The translations under genes were made by a program, and so were the position numbers. The notes under the pieces were generated by a model. That model saw only the letters and a list, made by a program, of their open reading frames with translations. It was not told the DNA's origin and did no database searches. From the human T2T-CHM13v2.0 reference genome, Homo sapiens: a stretch of 64,000 nucleotides of DNA. This document shows positions 1 through 14,722 of this stretch, piece after piece (within the stretch, counting starts at the first letter, position 1; each line of letters begins with the position of its first letter). The DNA is taken from assembly GCF_009914755.1 (NCBI RefSeq), contig NC_060927.1; one strand, given 5' to 3'.

Positions 1-779
1 AAAACCACAATGAGATACAACTTCACATCCCTAGAATGGCTAAAATAAAAAAGGCAGACAATAACCAGGATAGATAAAGATGTTATCTAAAGATAGAAAA
101 GATGCAGAGAAGTTGAAACCCACATACATTACTAGTGGGATTATAAAGTGTTACAACTGCTTTGGAAAATGATTTGAGAGTTCTTCAAAATGTTAAGTAC
201 AGCATTTAACATATGACCCAGCAATTCCACTCCCAGGTATACACAAGAGAACTGAAAACATATGTCCACATAAAACTTGTGCACAATGTTCACAGCCACA
301 CTATTTATAATACACAAAAGGTGGAAACAATCCAAATGTCTCTTAACTGATGAACAGAAAAAGAAAATGTAGTATATCCATATAACAGGATACCATTTGG
401 CAATAAAAAACAATGAAGTACTGATACATGATGAACACTGAAAATATTACATTAAGTGAAAGAAGACAAACACAAAAGGCCACATATTAGATGATTCCAT
501 TTATATGAAATGTCCTGAATAGGTAAATCCATAGAGACAGAAAATATTATAAATGAGTGGTTACAAGTAGATAGCAGGGGTGGGAGGGGGAAGGGATCAG
601 GAGTGACTGCTAATGCCTACGGAATTTCTTTTTGGGCTGATGAAAATGTTTTAAAATTAGATAGTGGTAATGGATGCACAATCTTGTGAATATACTAAAA
701 ACCACTGAATTATGTACTTTTAAAGGGGTGAATTTATGGTATATAAATTATATCTGCATAAAGCTATTATTTAAAAAAA
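1..779 (+). mobile_element. L1MB-type LINE 3' fragment
   Basis: ORF2 C-terminal remnant (aaaaccacaatgagatac...) followed by an L1MB-like 3' UTR ending in an A-rich tail. Confidence 0.75.
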
Positions 780-887
780 CTATTTCAGTCAGTACAAAGT
801 GGTTTCTACATAAAAACAAACATATGTAGGGGCCAATAATTATATTCGAGGTTACTGTTAAATTATTTACAAAGTATAGGTGATTAC

Positions 888-1039
888 CTCATTAAAGGCT
901 CTCGCTGATCACGCATCAGCCTCATTGTAACTTCACATGCTCTTCGAAAAAGACCCTCTGTTCCCATAGGACCCATTCCATTAACCATATTATGAGTCAG
1001 GCGAAATGGCACAATTTCTGGAACTTCAAAGGTTTCTCC
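888..1039 (-). CDS. ATR: ATR exon 45 (152 nt), kinase C-lobe
   Basis: Translates GETFEVPEIVPFRLTHNMVNGMGPMGTEGLFRRACEVTMRLMRDQREPLM; flanked by ctaag| and |gtaatc on the minus strand. Confidence 0.97.
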
Positions 1040-1799
1040 CTTAGAAACAATACATTTTATTACAAACTAACAATGTTAGAATTTAAAAATCTTTACTCAA
1101 AGAACTTCATGTCCAGATTCTTTTAGCAAAAAGCAAAAATACCCTCAAAATATTTATGTTGTAATTACTTTAGAAGTTTGTAACATGAAGGAGCCATGTA
1201 GCTCTGCCTTTGCTTTTACAGAACTGAAACCATACTTGATCTTGGATAAGATCTAGGAGATAAGTGGACTTACCTTTCACTGAGTTTAGTACAGTGAATA
1301 AGCAGTATTACAGAGAAATTTTATGCATTCAATATTTAGTCTCATATTAACTTCTTTAATGTCTTTCTTGAATAATATGAAATACAAATATTCTCATATA
1401 TTTCTACTTTTCTTTAACACTTTCATCTTAAAACAACAGAAGCAGCCAAGGGTCAGATGCTCACATCCCCTCATAAAGGAAATAAAACATGTCATATAAT
1501 GAAGTCCAGTTGTTCATTTTCTGCTGTCCTCTAATCTGCCTTTTCTAGGGACCTTTCATCCCTTGTCCAATCAGTTACCCTAAATTCCTCTCTTGTATGG
1601 TTTAACCCATGCCAGTATTTTATCTCTGATTTGTTCTCAGTTGGATCTATGATCTTTCTTGGTTTCTTGTGACAGCACAAGGCAACCTGTAGATGATGGA
1701 GGTGAAGAAAATAGTGCGCTAACCTACCAGTCTGCCCTGCAGGATTATAATATTGGAAAATTGTAGGGGGCCTTAAAGATGGGTCCAATTGCCTCAATT

Positions 1800-1910
1800 T
1801 ATTCCCAGGTCCCACTCTGGACCTACAGAATCTGAATCTCCTGGGTATCTATAAATTTTTTTTTAATTCTTGGATAATTCTGATATGTTGCTAGAATTGG
1901 AAACTATCGT
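1800..1910. mobile_element. MER5-like hAT MITE remnant
   Basis: attcccaggtcccac...gacctacagaatctgaatctc...aattctgat resembles the MER5 consensus. Confidence 0.45.
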
Positions 1911-2217
1911 ATTAAACTACTCTGTCTCTCTAAAACTGAGTCTCAGTAAAATGAACTGATCTGCCCTTATTCACATAACTAATAACTAATTGAGTCAGAA
2001 CCTAAACCTATGCTCTTGGACTTCAAATTCAGTACTAGCTTTACAGTATCACTCTTCTAAGTTCTCTCCATCCTAATACGCATTACTACATGATCCACTG
2101 ATGAAAACTAGTCAACAAATTCTCAGTATAACTCAACTGTGAGTATAACTGCTACTAACAGGTATGTCAAGGAAGATACAGTTGTTGAGAAAAGGAAATT
2201 GAGAGAAAACACAATTA

Positions 2218-2451
<234 letters not shown>

Positions 2452-2510
2452 CTAAAATATTAAAAATAAACATTCAACCATAACAACGTATTATATTCTT
2501 GGTAACTTAC

Positions 2511-2667
2511 CATGATGTAGGATCAGGGAATGTTCTCAGAAACCACTCATGAAAAATAGGAGGATGCCTGGGCAGGAGAAATTCTCGGAATACTTTGAGT
2601 TTTTCAGATAAAGCTGCTGACTTTGGTAGCATACACTGGCGAAGTTCTTTTCCTGTCATATACACTC
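2511..2667 (-). CDS. ATR: ATR exon 43 (157 nt)
   Basis: VYMTGKELRQCMLPKSAALSEKLKVFREFLLPRHPPIFHEWFLRTFPDPTS; tgcag| and |gtaagt. Confidence 0.97.
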
Positions 2668-2871
2668 CTGCAAGGAAGAGTGATATCCATTAATCACATC
2701 AGCCAAATGAAAAAAGGGGCAAAGTTTTTTTTGTTAAAATTGGACAAGAAACATCTACTTTTATTCAAATTGTTATTGAAAAACAAGAATAAAGGAACAT
2801 TTTTCAATTAAGCATACATAAAGTTACTGATTGTATAATAAAATAATAAACCACATTATCTTCCCTTAATA

Positions 2872-3096
2872 CAGATGACCCTTGAACAACATGAGTTTGA
2901 ACTGTGTGGGTCCACTTACATGTGATTTTTTTCAACCAAACATGGATCAAAAACATGGGATGTAAAATCAGTATATACTGAAGGCTGACTTTTCATACAT
3001 GCAGGTTCTGCAGGGCTGACTGAGACTTGAGTATGTGTGGATTTTGGTATGTGAGGGTATTCTGGAAGCAATCCTCCAGATAAGGAGGGACCACCG
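2872..3096 (+). mobile_element. MER8 (Tigger-derived MITE)
   Basis: cagatgacccttgaacaacatgagtttgaactg...gagggaccaccg with TA duplicated on both sides. Confidence 0.8.
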
Positions 3097-3558
3097 TACT
3101 TACCCAAGTGAAGCCTCTTATTGATGAAAATTAATGTCAGTTAAAACCAGTGTTGTGAAATCAAATAGTTCCAGAATACAAGACTCAAAATTAAGTCCCA
3201 TATGAATGAACTTATTTTGCATATATGTGTACATATCAATATATATGTATATATACATATATTTTTTACACTGACACAAATTATCAAGAAAAAATATATT
3301 TTCAAATCCAAACTCAGACATATACAATATGTCATGCTCATAAATAAAATAGTCAACAGCAAGTTCTTTGAACTCTGACTCAAGTGTCTCTGAGTTTCAG
3401 TTTTGCAACTGTGAACTTAGACAAGTTACGTAAGTTCTCTGGCACTGTCCATAAAATAGGGATGGATAATCAGGCGTGTTAACAATAATAAATAAAATAA
3501 TGTACATAACATACTTGGCACAATACCCATTATATAGTGATTTATCAGTATTACTTAA

Positions 3559-3975
3559 TGTTATAAATTGAACTTTATCTCTCAAAAAAATATGCTGAAA
3601 TCCTAATTCTTGGTACCTGGGAATGTGAGCTTATTCAGTAACAGGATCTTTGCAGATGTAATGTTGTTAAGATAAAGTCATTAAGGTGGGCCCTTAATTC
3701 AATAATCCAGTGACTGGTGTTCTTATGAGAAAATAGAGACACAGAGACATAGAGAGAATGCTATGTAACAATAAAGGCAATGTGGTACAATACATCCAGA
3801 AGCCACAGAACACCAGAAGGTTAAGAGAAAGGCAAGGAACATTAGCCTTCAGAGAGATCATGGTCCTAATGACAACTTGATATTGTATCTTTAGCCTCCA
3901 GAACCGTGAGATGATAAATTTCTATTGTTTAAACTCGCTTAGTTTGCAGTAATTTGTTATGGCAAATACCATACA
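3559..3975 (+). mobile_element. MLT1-type (MaLR) solo LTR
   Basis: tgttat...aatgtgagcttatt...ctttgcagatgta...agcctccagaaccgtgagatgataaatttc...ataca. Confidence 0.75.
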
Positions 3976-4069
3976 AATTATGTATGAAAACATATACTTA
4001 TTTTCTACTTCACTTTGACAACTTGATCTATTCATTTTTAATGTATTACACCATATGAACTTTAAAAAC

Positions 4070-4990
4070 GTCTTATTTTAAAACAAGTTTAGATGTTACA
4101 AAAAGTTGCATCAATGATACGGAGTTCCCACATATTCTTCACCCAGCTTTCCTTAATGTTCATATCTTGCGTAACAATAGTACAATTATTCAAATCAGGA
4201 AATTCTTATTATTACAGTATTATTAACCAAACCTCTGACCTTATTCAAATTTCACCAGCTGTCCCACTAGCACACTTTGTTTAGGGGTCAGGATCCAATC
4301 CAGGATTACACATTACATTTAGTTGTCATCAAATGTCAACTCCTTAATGTCATCAAATCTGGGAATTCATTACTTTGACATTTGTAAGGAGTTCGGACCA
4401 GTTATATTTATATTTCTCTACTGTAAAGTTACTATACTTTTCCCTTTATAATTGTTAAGTATCTGATAGGGAGATACTTCAAGATTCTTCAAATAACCTG
4501 TTTCTCATCTTTTGCCTATTAATTTTAGCATCCATTAATAATCACTGCCTGCAATAATAATTACTATAGTGTTTGCTAATTGCTGATTTCCCATTTCCAT
4601 CATCCTTTCTACATTTATTCATTGAAATTCTATTAGTACATAAGGAAGAACTATTCCCACTTCCCTATTTATTTATTTACTCAAATATCTGTTTATATCA
4701 GTATGGACTCATGTTTATTTGTTTATTCCATGGGTTATAATAGTTTACAATCATTATTTATTTTGCTACTCAAATTATCCCAGGTTTGGACAGTTGGAGC
4801 CTCTTATTCCAATCTAAAACGTCAGACTTCATTCTAGCCTTCTCTCCTTCCTTTCTCCAATAGTGAGAAAACTGGCTCTCATTATACAACATATTTACTT
4901 ACTTGCTGAAGACTAGTACTGTATATACATAGTTTCAGAATTGTTAACCAATATCTGTGAAAAACAAATATTCATATATAGTTTTGTAAG
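4070..4990 (-). mobile_element. Old L1MC/L1ME 3' region
   Basis: Degenerate L1M 3' UTR-like sequence (acaaaagttgca...gagttcccacata...ggatccaatccagga). Confidence 0.55.
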
Positions 4991-5035
4991 CTACCTCAAA
5001 TCCTGTTGGGATGAAGACAGGGAAGGAATCAAAAT

Positions 5036-5070
5036 GGAAGGAAGGAAGGAAGGAAGAAAGGAAGGAAGGG
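5036..5070 (+). repeat. (GGAA)n microsatellite
   Basis: (GGAA)5 GAAA (GGAA)2. Confidence 0.9.
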
Positions 5071-5223
5071 ATGGAAACACTTAAGTGTTTCTGTATATAA
5101 AATCTAGAAATTTCACTATAGCTTATATCAAAAAACATATGCTAGCATATATTAATACCAATTATACCCATATTATATAACTTAGTACCCACACTGTATA
5201 TGTATAAGAATTAATTTTAGTAC

Positions 5224-5374
5224 CCTTTTCTTTATATAGTTTGGTCAGAATAGGTCTCAAACCAGCAGTGTTGTTCACCCATTCAATAATCCCACATTCA
5301 TCATTTAGTGGAATAACTGCATATGTTCGAATATGAAGTTCTCTTCTACGAGACTCTGCATCTTTTCTTAAGCA
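5224..5374 (-). CDS. ATR: ATR exon 42 (151 nt)
   Basis: CLRKDAESRRRELHIRTYAVIPLNDECGIIEWVNNTAGLRPILTKLYKEK; aacag| and |gtacta. Confidence 0.97.
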
Positions 5375-5732
5375 CTGTTAAAAAATACACATAAATTTAA
5401 AAACAAGATAGAACTCAAAATTTCTAAATGTTATATCAAATATATTTAAAGATTGTTCATTTCATAACCAAAGAATGTCATTGAAGGCTTACTATGTGGT
5501 ATACATGAATAATTCTTCTGAATGGTAGGAAGGAAGCTACTGGGACAGTATCTCTAATCTATTTACAGATTATTAAAAATGTCCTGGGTAGGTCCTTCTT
5601 TTTAATTATTCACTATTAATGTGACAAGAATATTGTATTTAAAATATTTAAGTTGTATATTTAACAATGACAAAATGCTGCTGTTTTATTTTCTATTGCT
5701 TTATAGGTATTACTGAAACATTAAGTCTTTAG

Positions 5733-6051
<319 letters not shown>

Positions 6052-6593
6052 AATTTTAATTATTTCTAAAATACATAAACAAAAGAGCATGAGTTCTATG
6101 ACATCCTCAAAATGTATTGCTCCTCTTGCGGTTTATCACAACCTTATTTCTAAAGCTATCCCTTAGCAGAAGAAAGCCTTACATATTTCATCTGATTGAT
6201 CCTGATATATCAGGTGGAAATAAACAGTATTATGTTTAATTCTAGACCTGTATGAAGTAAGCACACATCTGTAATTGTAACCTGCTCAATTCAAAAGCAC
6301 AATCACTGATCAAAAATACATTTTACTTTAGGAAATAGGTTCCATAACTACCAGGAAAACAATATGGCCATAGAATCTCATATAAAGATCAGTGTGTGGC
6401 CTCCAAAACTAACATAGTTTTTTACAAAACTATGTTAGTAAATATGTTACTAACTAAGTTAGTATGTCAGGCTATTTTATTTTACCATGTTTATGAGGGA
6501 AAATGTAACAAAATACTTTAATTAAAGTAACAAAGCTGATTAATGTAAATTTATAAACTAAAGCCAGGCCACTTGATACTCAAGTAAATCTGA

Positions 6594-6972
<379 letters not shown>

Positions 6973-7356
6973 TAATATGTTAAAATAAAAAATAATCCTC
7001 CTTTTCATATTGCTTTTGAAATAGCTTTTTAATGTGGTATTAATTTTTAAATTACTTTTGGTTAAACCAAGCAGACTATAACTTTTTTTAAAAAACAAAC
7101 TCATCTACTGCTATATCTTTTCTATGCTAAAGATCTATGACTTTAAAATGTGGGAAGGCAATGAGAAGAAGGGAAAAAAAGCTTGTAGAAAAATAATAAA
7201 GTTTCATCTTTCCACAGTATAGATCAATTTTTACCAATGGAAAAAGACATACACTATGCATCTACAAATACCTGGTTACAGAATAATTCAAAATACATAA
7301 AACCATACATTTATAATAACCCTTTAATAAGATTCCTCATATCATCTTTGAGATAG

Positions 7357-7710
<354 letters not shown>

Positions 7711-7734
7711 TATTTATCTTTTGATAAATATATT

Positions 7735-8186
7735 AACACAATAGCCAAAAGGTAGAAGCATCCAAATGTCCATCACTGGATAAATAGATAAATAAAATGT
7801 GGATGGAAAACAATAGACTATTATTCAGCTTAAAGAGGGAGAAAATTCTAACACATGCTGTAAAATGAATGAACTTTGAATAATGCCAAGTGATTTAAGC
7901 CAGTCATAAAAGGAGAAATACTGCACTTATATGAGGTACCTCAAATGGTTAAATTAATGGAGACAAAGTAAATGGTGGCTGCTGGAGGCTGAGGAGAAGG
8001 GAAATAGGAAGTTAATTGTTTCATAGACACAGAGTTCCAATTTGGGAAGATGAAAAAAGTTTTGGAGAGGGATGGTGGTGATGGTTGTACAACAATGTGA
8101 ATGTACTTAATGCCACTGAACAATATACTTCAAAAACTGTCAAATGTTAAGTTTTATGTATGTACATTTTATCTCAATAAAAAAAT
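7735..8186 (+). mobile_element. L1MB 3' UTR fragment
   Basis: acaatagccaaaaggtagaagc...gatggtggtgatggttgtacaacaatgtgaatgtacttaatgccactgaac...A tail. Confidence 0.8.
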
Positions 8187-8380
8187 TAAGTGAAAATGAA
8201 AAAGACTTTATATTTCATTCCTGCTTTTTAAGAGTGATCTGTTTGTATACTAAAATGCCTATATCAGATTGATAGTAATTATAGCAACTCTGAAATAAAA
8301 GCAATCTGGTTTTATAATAGTCAAAAATTTTTTTAAAATAAAAAATAAATAAATAAAATAAAAGCAAACTATCTCCCAAC

Positions 8381-8524
8381 CTTATTAATCAAGGAATTGA
8401 ATTCCATTAGTCTACAATCCTTTCTCAGGTCATCTTTTGGCTTACACATCATGATGTAGAACTTTCCATCTGAGCCTTTTAAAGAAATCTTCTTTGGTTT
8501 CTGAAGAGAAGCAAGAATTTCCAC
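8381..8524 (-). CDS. ATR: ATR exon 41 (144 nt), kinase N-lobe with ATP-binding Lys
   Basis: VEILASLQKPKKISLKGSDGKFYIMMCKPKDDLRKDCRLMEFNSLINK; tttag| and weak |gttggg. Confidence 0.97.
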
Positions 8525-9006
8525 CTAAAAGATGATGAGTTATATATGAATTAGGGCCAAAAATTTCTGTGTAAATGTCTATATATTATAAACCTTGAGT
8601 TATGTAAAAAAAAAAAAAGAATATTACCAGCTATATTATGTAGTGAATTTGTATTTTAAAAATCTTTTATTTTAATTATCTATGACCTATGAAAAGAATG
8701 ACTGTCTATGAACAGAAACATTTTCACCCATTAAAAATAGCTATGACATAAAAAGATTACTTCATCGCCAATACAAGTACTTACATATTCAAATTTAGAC
8801 ACCCCCCTTCAAAGCAGTCAAAATGTTTAAAAGATTTTTGAAACATCTTTTCAGGATCTTTCTGCGGAGCCTGAGACTCTGTTTTTCAAGCTTTATCAAT
8901 TAAAAGTAGTTTGATTTTTGAAAAAACAAACTCCTTCAAAATTAAGTGTACCTAATGAAGTGAGTAAATAAGATGAATAATACTGCTTAAATTAAAAACA
9001 AAGCAT

Positions 9007-9325
<319 letters not shown>

Positions 9326-9607
9326 TCAAATTGTGAAAAAATAAAGATTATAGTCATACTAAAACAACAGGAGCATTTGAAAAATCAAAACGTTACGGTG
9401 AATGTGAATCATGAATCAGAACTTTTTTTAATCACTGAATTTTTTTGCCATCAGTACAAATGAGTTTAGTTTTACTCTTCTGTATTTCCAATTATTTTTC
9501 TTCACAAATAAGATTCACGTAGATTTTGTGAAATACACTTTTTATCTTAATTTGAAGTTTTTAACAACTAAATTTTAAAATCATAGTCATATAAAACTGA
9601 AGTTTAC

Positions 9608-9817
9608 CATATCATCAAACCCTGCAATATAGGCCCAATGTCCAGGAAATGGTTCATGGCTAGCATGGTTAGCATGGGTACCCAGAATTGATGGAAGTGT
9701 AGGTATCATGACTGATTGTAGAGGAATGAGGATTTCACTAAATGTTGCTTCTTCTACCAGCTTTTTAAGCATTTTAAAATGAGTGCTCATGCTTAATGTG
9801 GAACTACTTCCATCAAC
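9608..9817 (-). CDS. ATR: ATR exon 40 (210 nt)
   Basis: VDGSSSTLSMSTHFKMLKKLVEE...WAYIAGFDDM, within ORF 9587..9838; ttcag| and |gtaaac. Confidence 0.97.
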
Positions 9818-11217
9818 CTGAAAAAATAAATAGTGCATTTTAATTTGTTTTTACCTTAAATTCCACTATAACAAAAATTTCACTTTTACAATATTTTGAT
9901 TACAAAGGTTCAGCAGTCTGTGGTTTTCTAAGTATTTCCTAATCATCCCATTTTAACCTCTGTCATTTACCTCATTAATAATAGTACCTACATCATAGGA
10001 TTGTTTAATGATTAAAGGAGAGAGTAGAGGCCTATAATCTATTATCAAATATTAGAAAATCCAAAGAGCTCTGTAAATTAAACTCTCACTGAAGAAACAG
10101 TTATGTGTTTGATTATGGGATACTCCAACAGGTTACCCTCAGTGGAAATATCAAATATTAAATATGCACTAAAATCTTAAAAATCCTAAATTTCTAAGTG
10201 TAGCTTGCCACAAAGGTTTCAGATAAAGAACTGGAAACCTGTACATGTAAAGCACTTACAACAGTGTTAGTGTTTTAATAAATGTTGGCCACCATAACAC
10301 TGTTTTTGATAATGTCAAGTGCATCAGAGGTCAAATGGGATTAATGGAGATAATAAATGCAGATTACCCTTTTGAGATGTTTATTGATAAAGGAAAGGTG
10401 AGAAATAGTCTGTATCTTTTCATCTATAAACACTGATGCACTCTGAATATTTGTCAAGTGAAGTCTAGCTATGTACCTTATTAAAGAACTTCTCTCTCCC
10501 TCCTTATAACCACCCCCACCTCCCACTTTTATCTTTCCTATACATCCTTGGGGGTTTTTCTCTAATACTTAGGTAGAATTATGGGGTTACTCCTGTAACC
10601 ATGTTCCTACTTTAGTCACAAATCTACCGAAAAAAGTACTTATTACTCTAGATAACCATCTGCTTAGTTCCCTAAAAGACTGTAAGCACCTCAGGCATGA
10701 GAATAGATTTTATTCATCTTGTTTCCCTTAGCATAGTGCTTGTCCCCTCATAGGCACTGAAATGTGTACTAAAAGAATGAAAAGCAAAACCCCAACCCTC
10801 TTCCCTATCGTAAGTGTAGTTTAATAATGTATATGAATTTTGAAAGTTTAAAGATATGATATAATCATAGACTACCATAAGTAACTTAGAATATTTTACA
10901 TACTTATATTTTTATGGCTTATTTCATATTCTCTACTAAAAATTGCTGAGAAACATGGATATCTACTCTCGGAAAATTCTTAATTCACACTAAGAAGAAC
11001 TTTTAGAAATATTAGAGGGTATTTGGAAGTAAGATGTATTAGAAATATTAAAAACTGCTTTATTAAGACAAATCATACATAATTAAAATATACATTTTGA
11101 TATATGTGTACACCTATAGTTAGAATTTTAATTTAATTAATCAAATGAAAAAATCTGCTCAAATTATATACATAATTACCCAACATCAGTTTATAAGCAC
11201 TAAGATTATGATAGTAC

Positions 11218-11352
11218 CGGTTTATTGCACAATTCTAGAAGCTTATCTGTTAGGCGAGTTGCATCTCCAACAAACTTCTCTAAGGATTTTTTCATATGAA
11301 TAGCTTTATTGAGGATTTCCTTGCATCTGTTCACACGCATGGGATAAGATGA
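11218..11352 (-). CDS. ATR: ATR exon 39 (135 nt)
   Basis: SSYPMRVNRCKEILNKAIHMKKSLEKFVGDATRLTDKLLELCNKP; gacag| and |gtacta. Confidence 0.96.
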
Positions 11353-11991
11353 CTGTCATAAAAAAGAGTTAAATGTCATAAAAAAGAGTTTATACAGGAT
11401 TTTTAAAAGATAAATTTTTTGCTTGACAAAAAACTTAAAAAGTATTCATGATGAGAGTTTATATGATACAAATTTTCTGAAAATTTATTTGGCAATGCTA
11501 TCAAGAGCCATACAAATATTGCCACCCTATAACTTTGTGAATTATAAAGTTATAGGGATCTGCCCTGGAGAAATAATTACAAGTGAGAATAAACATAGAC
11601 ATATCTAGATGTGTTACAATTGCAAGAAAAATAGAAATAACCTTAATGATTAACTAAACAGTTAAATAAGTTATTGAAGGCTATTTTTTAGAATTTTATA
11701 TATTAAAATTATATCTTCAAATTATATTTAATAACATGGAAACAATAAAGTGAAAAATATGAAATTGTACGGCAACATAATTAAATTTAGTGTTAAAATA
11801 TGCTAGAAAATATACAAATAAAATTACATCAAAACATTAATGAATGGCCCAAGGTGTGAATTTTAATTTTTGTTTTATGTCTCTGTATTGTCTAAATTCT
11901 CTAAACATTTACTTATTACATATATTGACCAACATATGAATTCCCATTAATGATGCAATAACGGTTTTTTAGTATTAATAATTCAGGTACT

Positions 11992-12288
11992 GGCGGGGCA
12001 CGATAGCTCATGCCTGTAATTCCAGCACTTTGGGAGGCCAAAGCAGAAAGATCACTTGAGCCCAAGAGTTTGAGCCCAGCCTGAGCAACACAGCAAGATC
12101 CCATCTCTACAAAAAGAATTTAAAAATTAACTGTACATGGTGACACACCGCTATCATCCTAGCTACTGGGAAGCTGAGGCAAGAGGATCACTTGAACCCA
12201 GGACTTTGAGGCTGCACTGAGCTATGATCCCACCACTGCATTCCAGCCTGGGCAACAGAGAAAGATCCTGTTTCTTAAGGGAAAAAAA
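11992..12288 (+). mobile_element. AluJ-like
   Basis: Dimer; aattcaggta duplicated at the flanks. Confidence 0.9.
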
Positions 12289-12620
12289 ATAAAAATTCAG
12301 GTAGTTTGGATTAAAATATTTGTGAAAACATAGGTAACCATTTTGCATCAAGCATTAACTGTTTACTAGACTTCATAAAGAAAACACATGCTGAATTATT
12401 TGATCTTAAACATACTAGTTACTTCATTTCATATGGTAAATATATCCAAATATTAAGATATAATGCTATAAATTTCTCTCTTTAAAAAAATATTTAAAAT
12501 TACTAATCTAATACAGGAGAGACGCCCTGGAACTTGTATCTACATATTAGTATTACATAATCAAGTTCATATAAAATGGTAAAAGATCTTTTCATATAAA
12601 AAGGTAAAAGACCCTTTTAC

Positions 12621-12853
12621 CTTTGACACAGCTGTCATCATCCACATTGCTTGTTGAGGATAGGCTAGAAATACTTTGGCTATTATTTCCATCAAGACAA
12701 CAAAAACTTCATCGTGAGAATGACAAATTCGAGAGATCAATTGTGAAAAAGCAGTCAAAAATTGATATGGAGCTAAATAGTTTGTATGCTCTGTGATAAC
12801 CTTGTTTATTTTACCCAAATCATTCCTCATTTGTACACGATCGGAGCGGCCAG
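12621..12853 (-). CDS. ATR: ATR exon 38 (233 nt), FAT domain end
   Basis: GRSDRVQMRNDLGKINKV...AYPQQAMWMMTAVSK, overlapping ORF 12567..12830; cccag| and |gtaaaa. Confidence 0.97.
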
Positions 12854-13369
12854 CTGGGGGAAGAAATAAGTTTAAAAAACAATAAAGGAAAGAGAAAAAT
12901 CAGTATATCAGTTCATTTCACAGAAGAAAAATTTTGCTTTAAAAATAGCTTTAAAGTATGTTATTCCCATGCCCAAGGTTAGGTCACTTGCCAATTTGTG
13001 AAAAGATAGTTGTCTCTGTCCAACCAGAAAAAATATTTAGAGCCATTCAAAAACCCAAGGGACATTAATTTTCACTATCCATTTTAATTTTTAGGGTAAA
13101 TTATTTGGCTAAAACTAACACATTTTAATATGTGTTAGATTCATTAAGAAATAATCAGATTTGTATTTGTGGCCCTGAATTAAAACTACTTTAAAAGTCT
13201 ATGATTTGTCTTTCCTTTTTAACATTTAGTATCTTACTCACACTTACATAATATCTTAATTATCAAATTCATTCCAAGCTTCTAGGAAATTAGACTGTCC
13301 AGCCAAATCTGACTTTATACCAAAGTTATAATTCCTAGTCCTTTAAAACTTTTACGTGAAGAGTTATAC

Positions 13370-13467
13370 CTTTTTCCCATTCATATGCCTTTGTACCATA
13401 ATCAAGCCATAGAGTTAACATTCGTGGCATTGACTGATATATGAACTGATTTCCATATTGTAGAGAT
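13370..13467 (-). CDS. ATR: ATR exon 37 (98 nt)
   Basis: SLQYGNQFIYQSMPRMLTLWLDYGTKAYEWEK; tgcag| and |gtataa. Confidence 0.96.
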
Positions 13468-14184
13468 CTGCAATTATATAGACAAGAAACACTATTAGCA
13501 TAGCTGTCATTTTTATATTATACGAATTAAAATTTAAAGATTCAAACTACCACATACCGTTTTCACAAAAATTATGGTATCAATATTTCTTCCTAGAAGT
13601 TATTTTTGACTCCTCTGTCTCCTTTTTAGCTCACTTAGTTCTACATTCCCTGTACCAAAAACATGTACATACTGTATGTTTCCACTTACAGTATACAGAA
13701 TTTGTACATTATACAAATTCTGCTCTAATCAAAGTCTATCAATACTTCTTTCAATTTTTCCTTAGGATCTCTGTGCCTTCATTTGCATTCTTTGGCCATA
13801 AGCCTAGGTTAGGTCCAATCATTCTATTTCTGGGAAATTATAATAACTTGGTCACCCTAAATCCATATTTCTACCCTTCAGTAAATTCCAGACTAACATT
13901 CCTGAAATTCTGGCTTTATCATGCTCTCCCCTTATTAAAAAACAGGAATCAATACCTACATATTAAAACTATATAAATGATTCTGCCTGGGATTCAAACA
14001 TTCAGAATCTTTTATCTCCATAATTTTCCAATCTTAGCATCTTGCCACTCACCAGTATACATCTTCCATCAGGTCTAGTTTCTGCACCATCCTACAAACC
14101 AACCACTCAACGCTGTTTCTGGTAAAATTTGTGAAAAGTTAAAGTTCTCTCCTTCTTGAATTTTTTAGGGGCCTGGACATCAGT

Positions 14185-14722
14185 TTATTTTCAAAAGAAA
14201 TTTTATTGTGGTAAAACATACATAACATAAAATTTGCCATCACAACCATTTTTAAGTGTACAGTTCAGTGTTATATTAATATGGTTGTACATTCACATTG
14301 TTGCGTAATCATCACCACCATTCCCCCTCCAGAACTTTTTTCATCTTCCCAAATTGGAACCTCGTACCTATTAAACAGTAACTTCCCGTCTCCTTCCCCA
14401 CCCAGTCTCTGGCAACCACCATTGTACTTTCTGTCTTCATGAATTTGACCATTGAAGGTACCTCATATAAGTGGAAACATACAGTATTTGTCCTTTTTGT
14501 GACTGGCTTATTTCACTTAGCATAATGTCCTCGAGGTTCATCTATGTTGTACCATATGTCAGAATTTCCTTCCTTTTTAAAGCAGAATAATATTCCATTG
14601 TGTCTACATCACATTTTGCTGATCAATTAATCTCCCAATGAACTCTTGCACTGCTTTCATGTTTTAGCTATTATGAATAATGTTGCTATGAACACGAATG
14701 TACAGATATCTTTTTGAGACCC
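14185..14722 (-). mobile_element. L1MB 3' UTR fragment
   Basis: ttttattgtggtaaaacatacataacataaaatttgcc...tttttaagtgtacagttcagtg. Confidence 0.8.

Noticed and set aside
1531-1815. 94-aa minus-strand intronic ORF as an extra ATR exon
   Set aside because: Exons 44 and 45 already join in frame (FNK|GET), and the ORF has no PIKK-like content.
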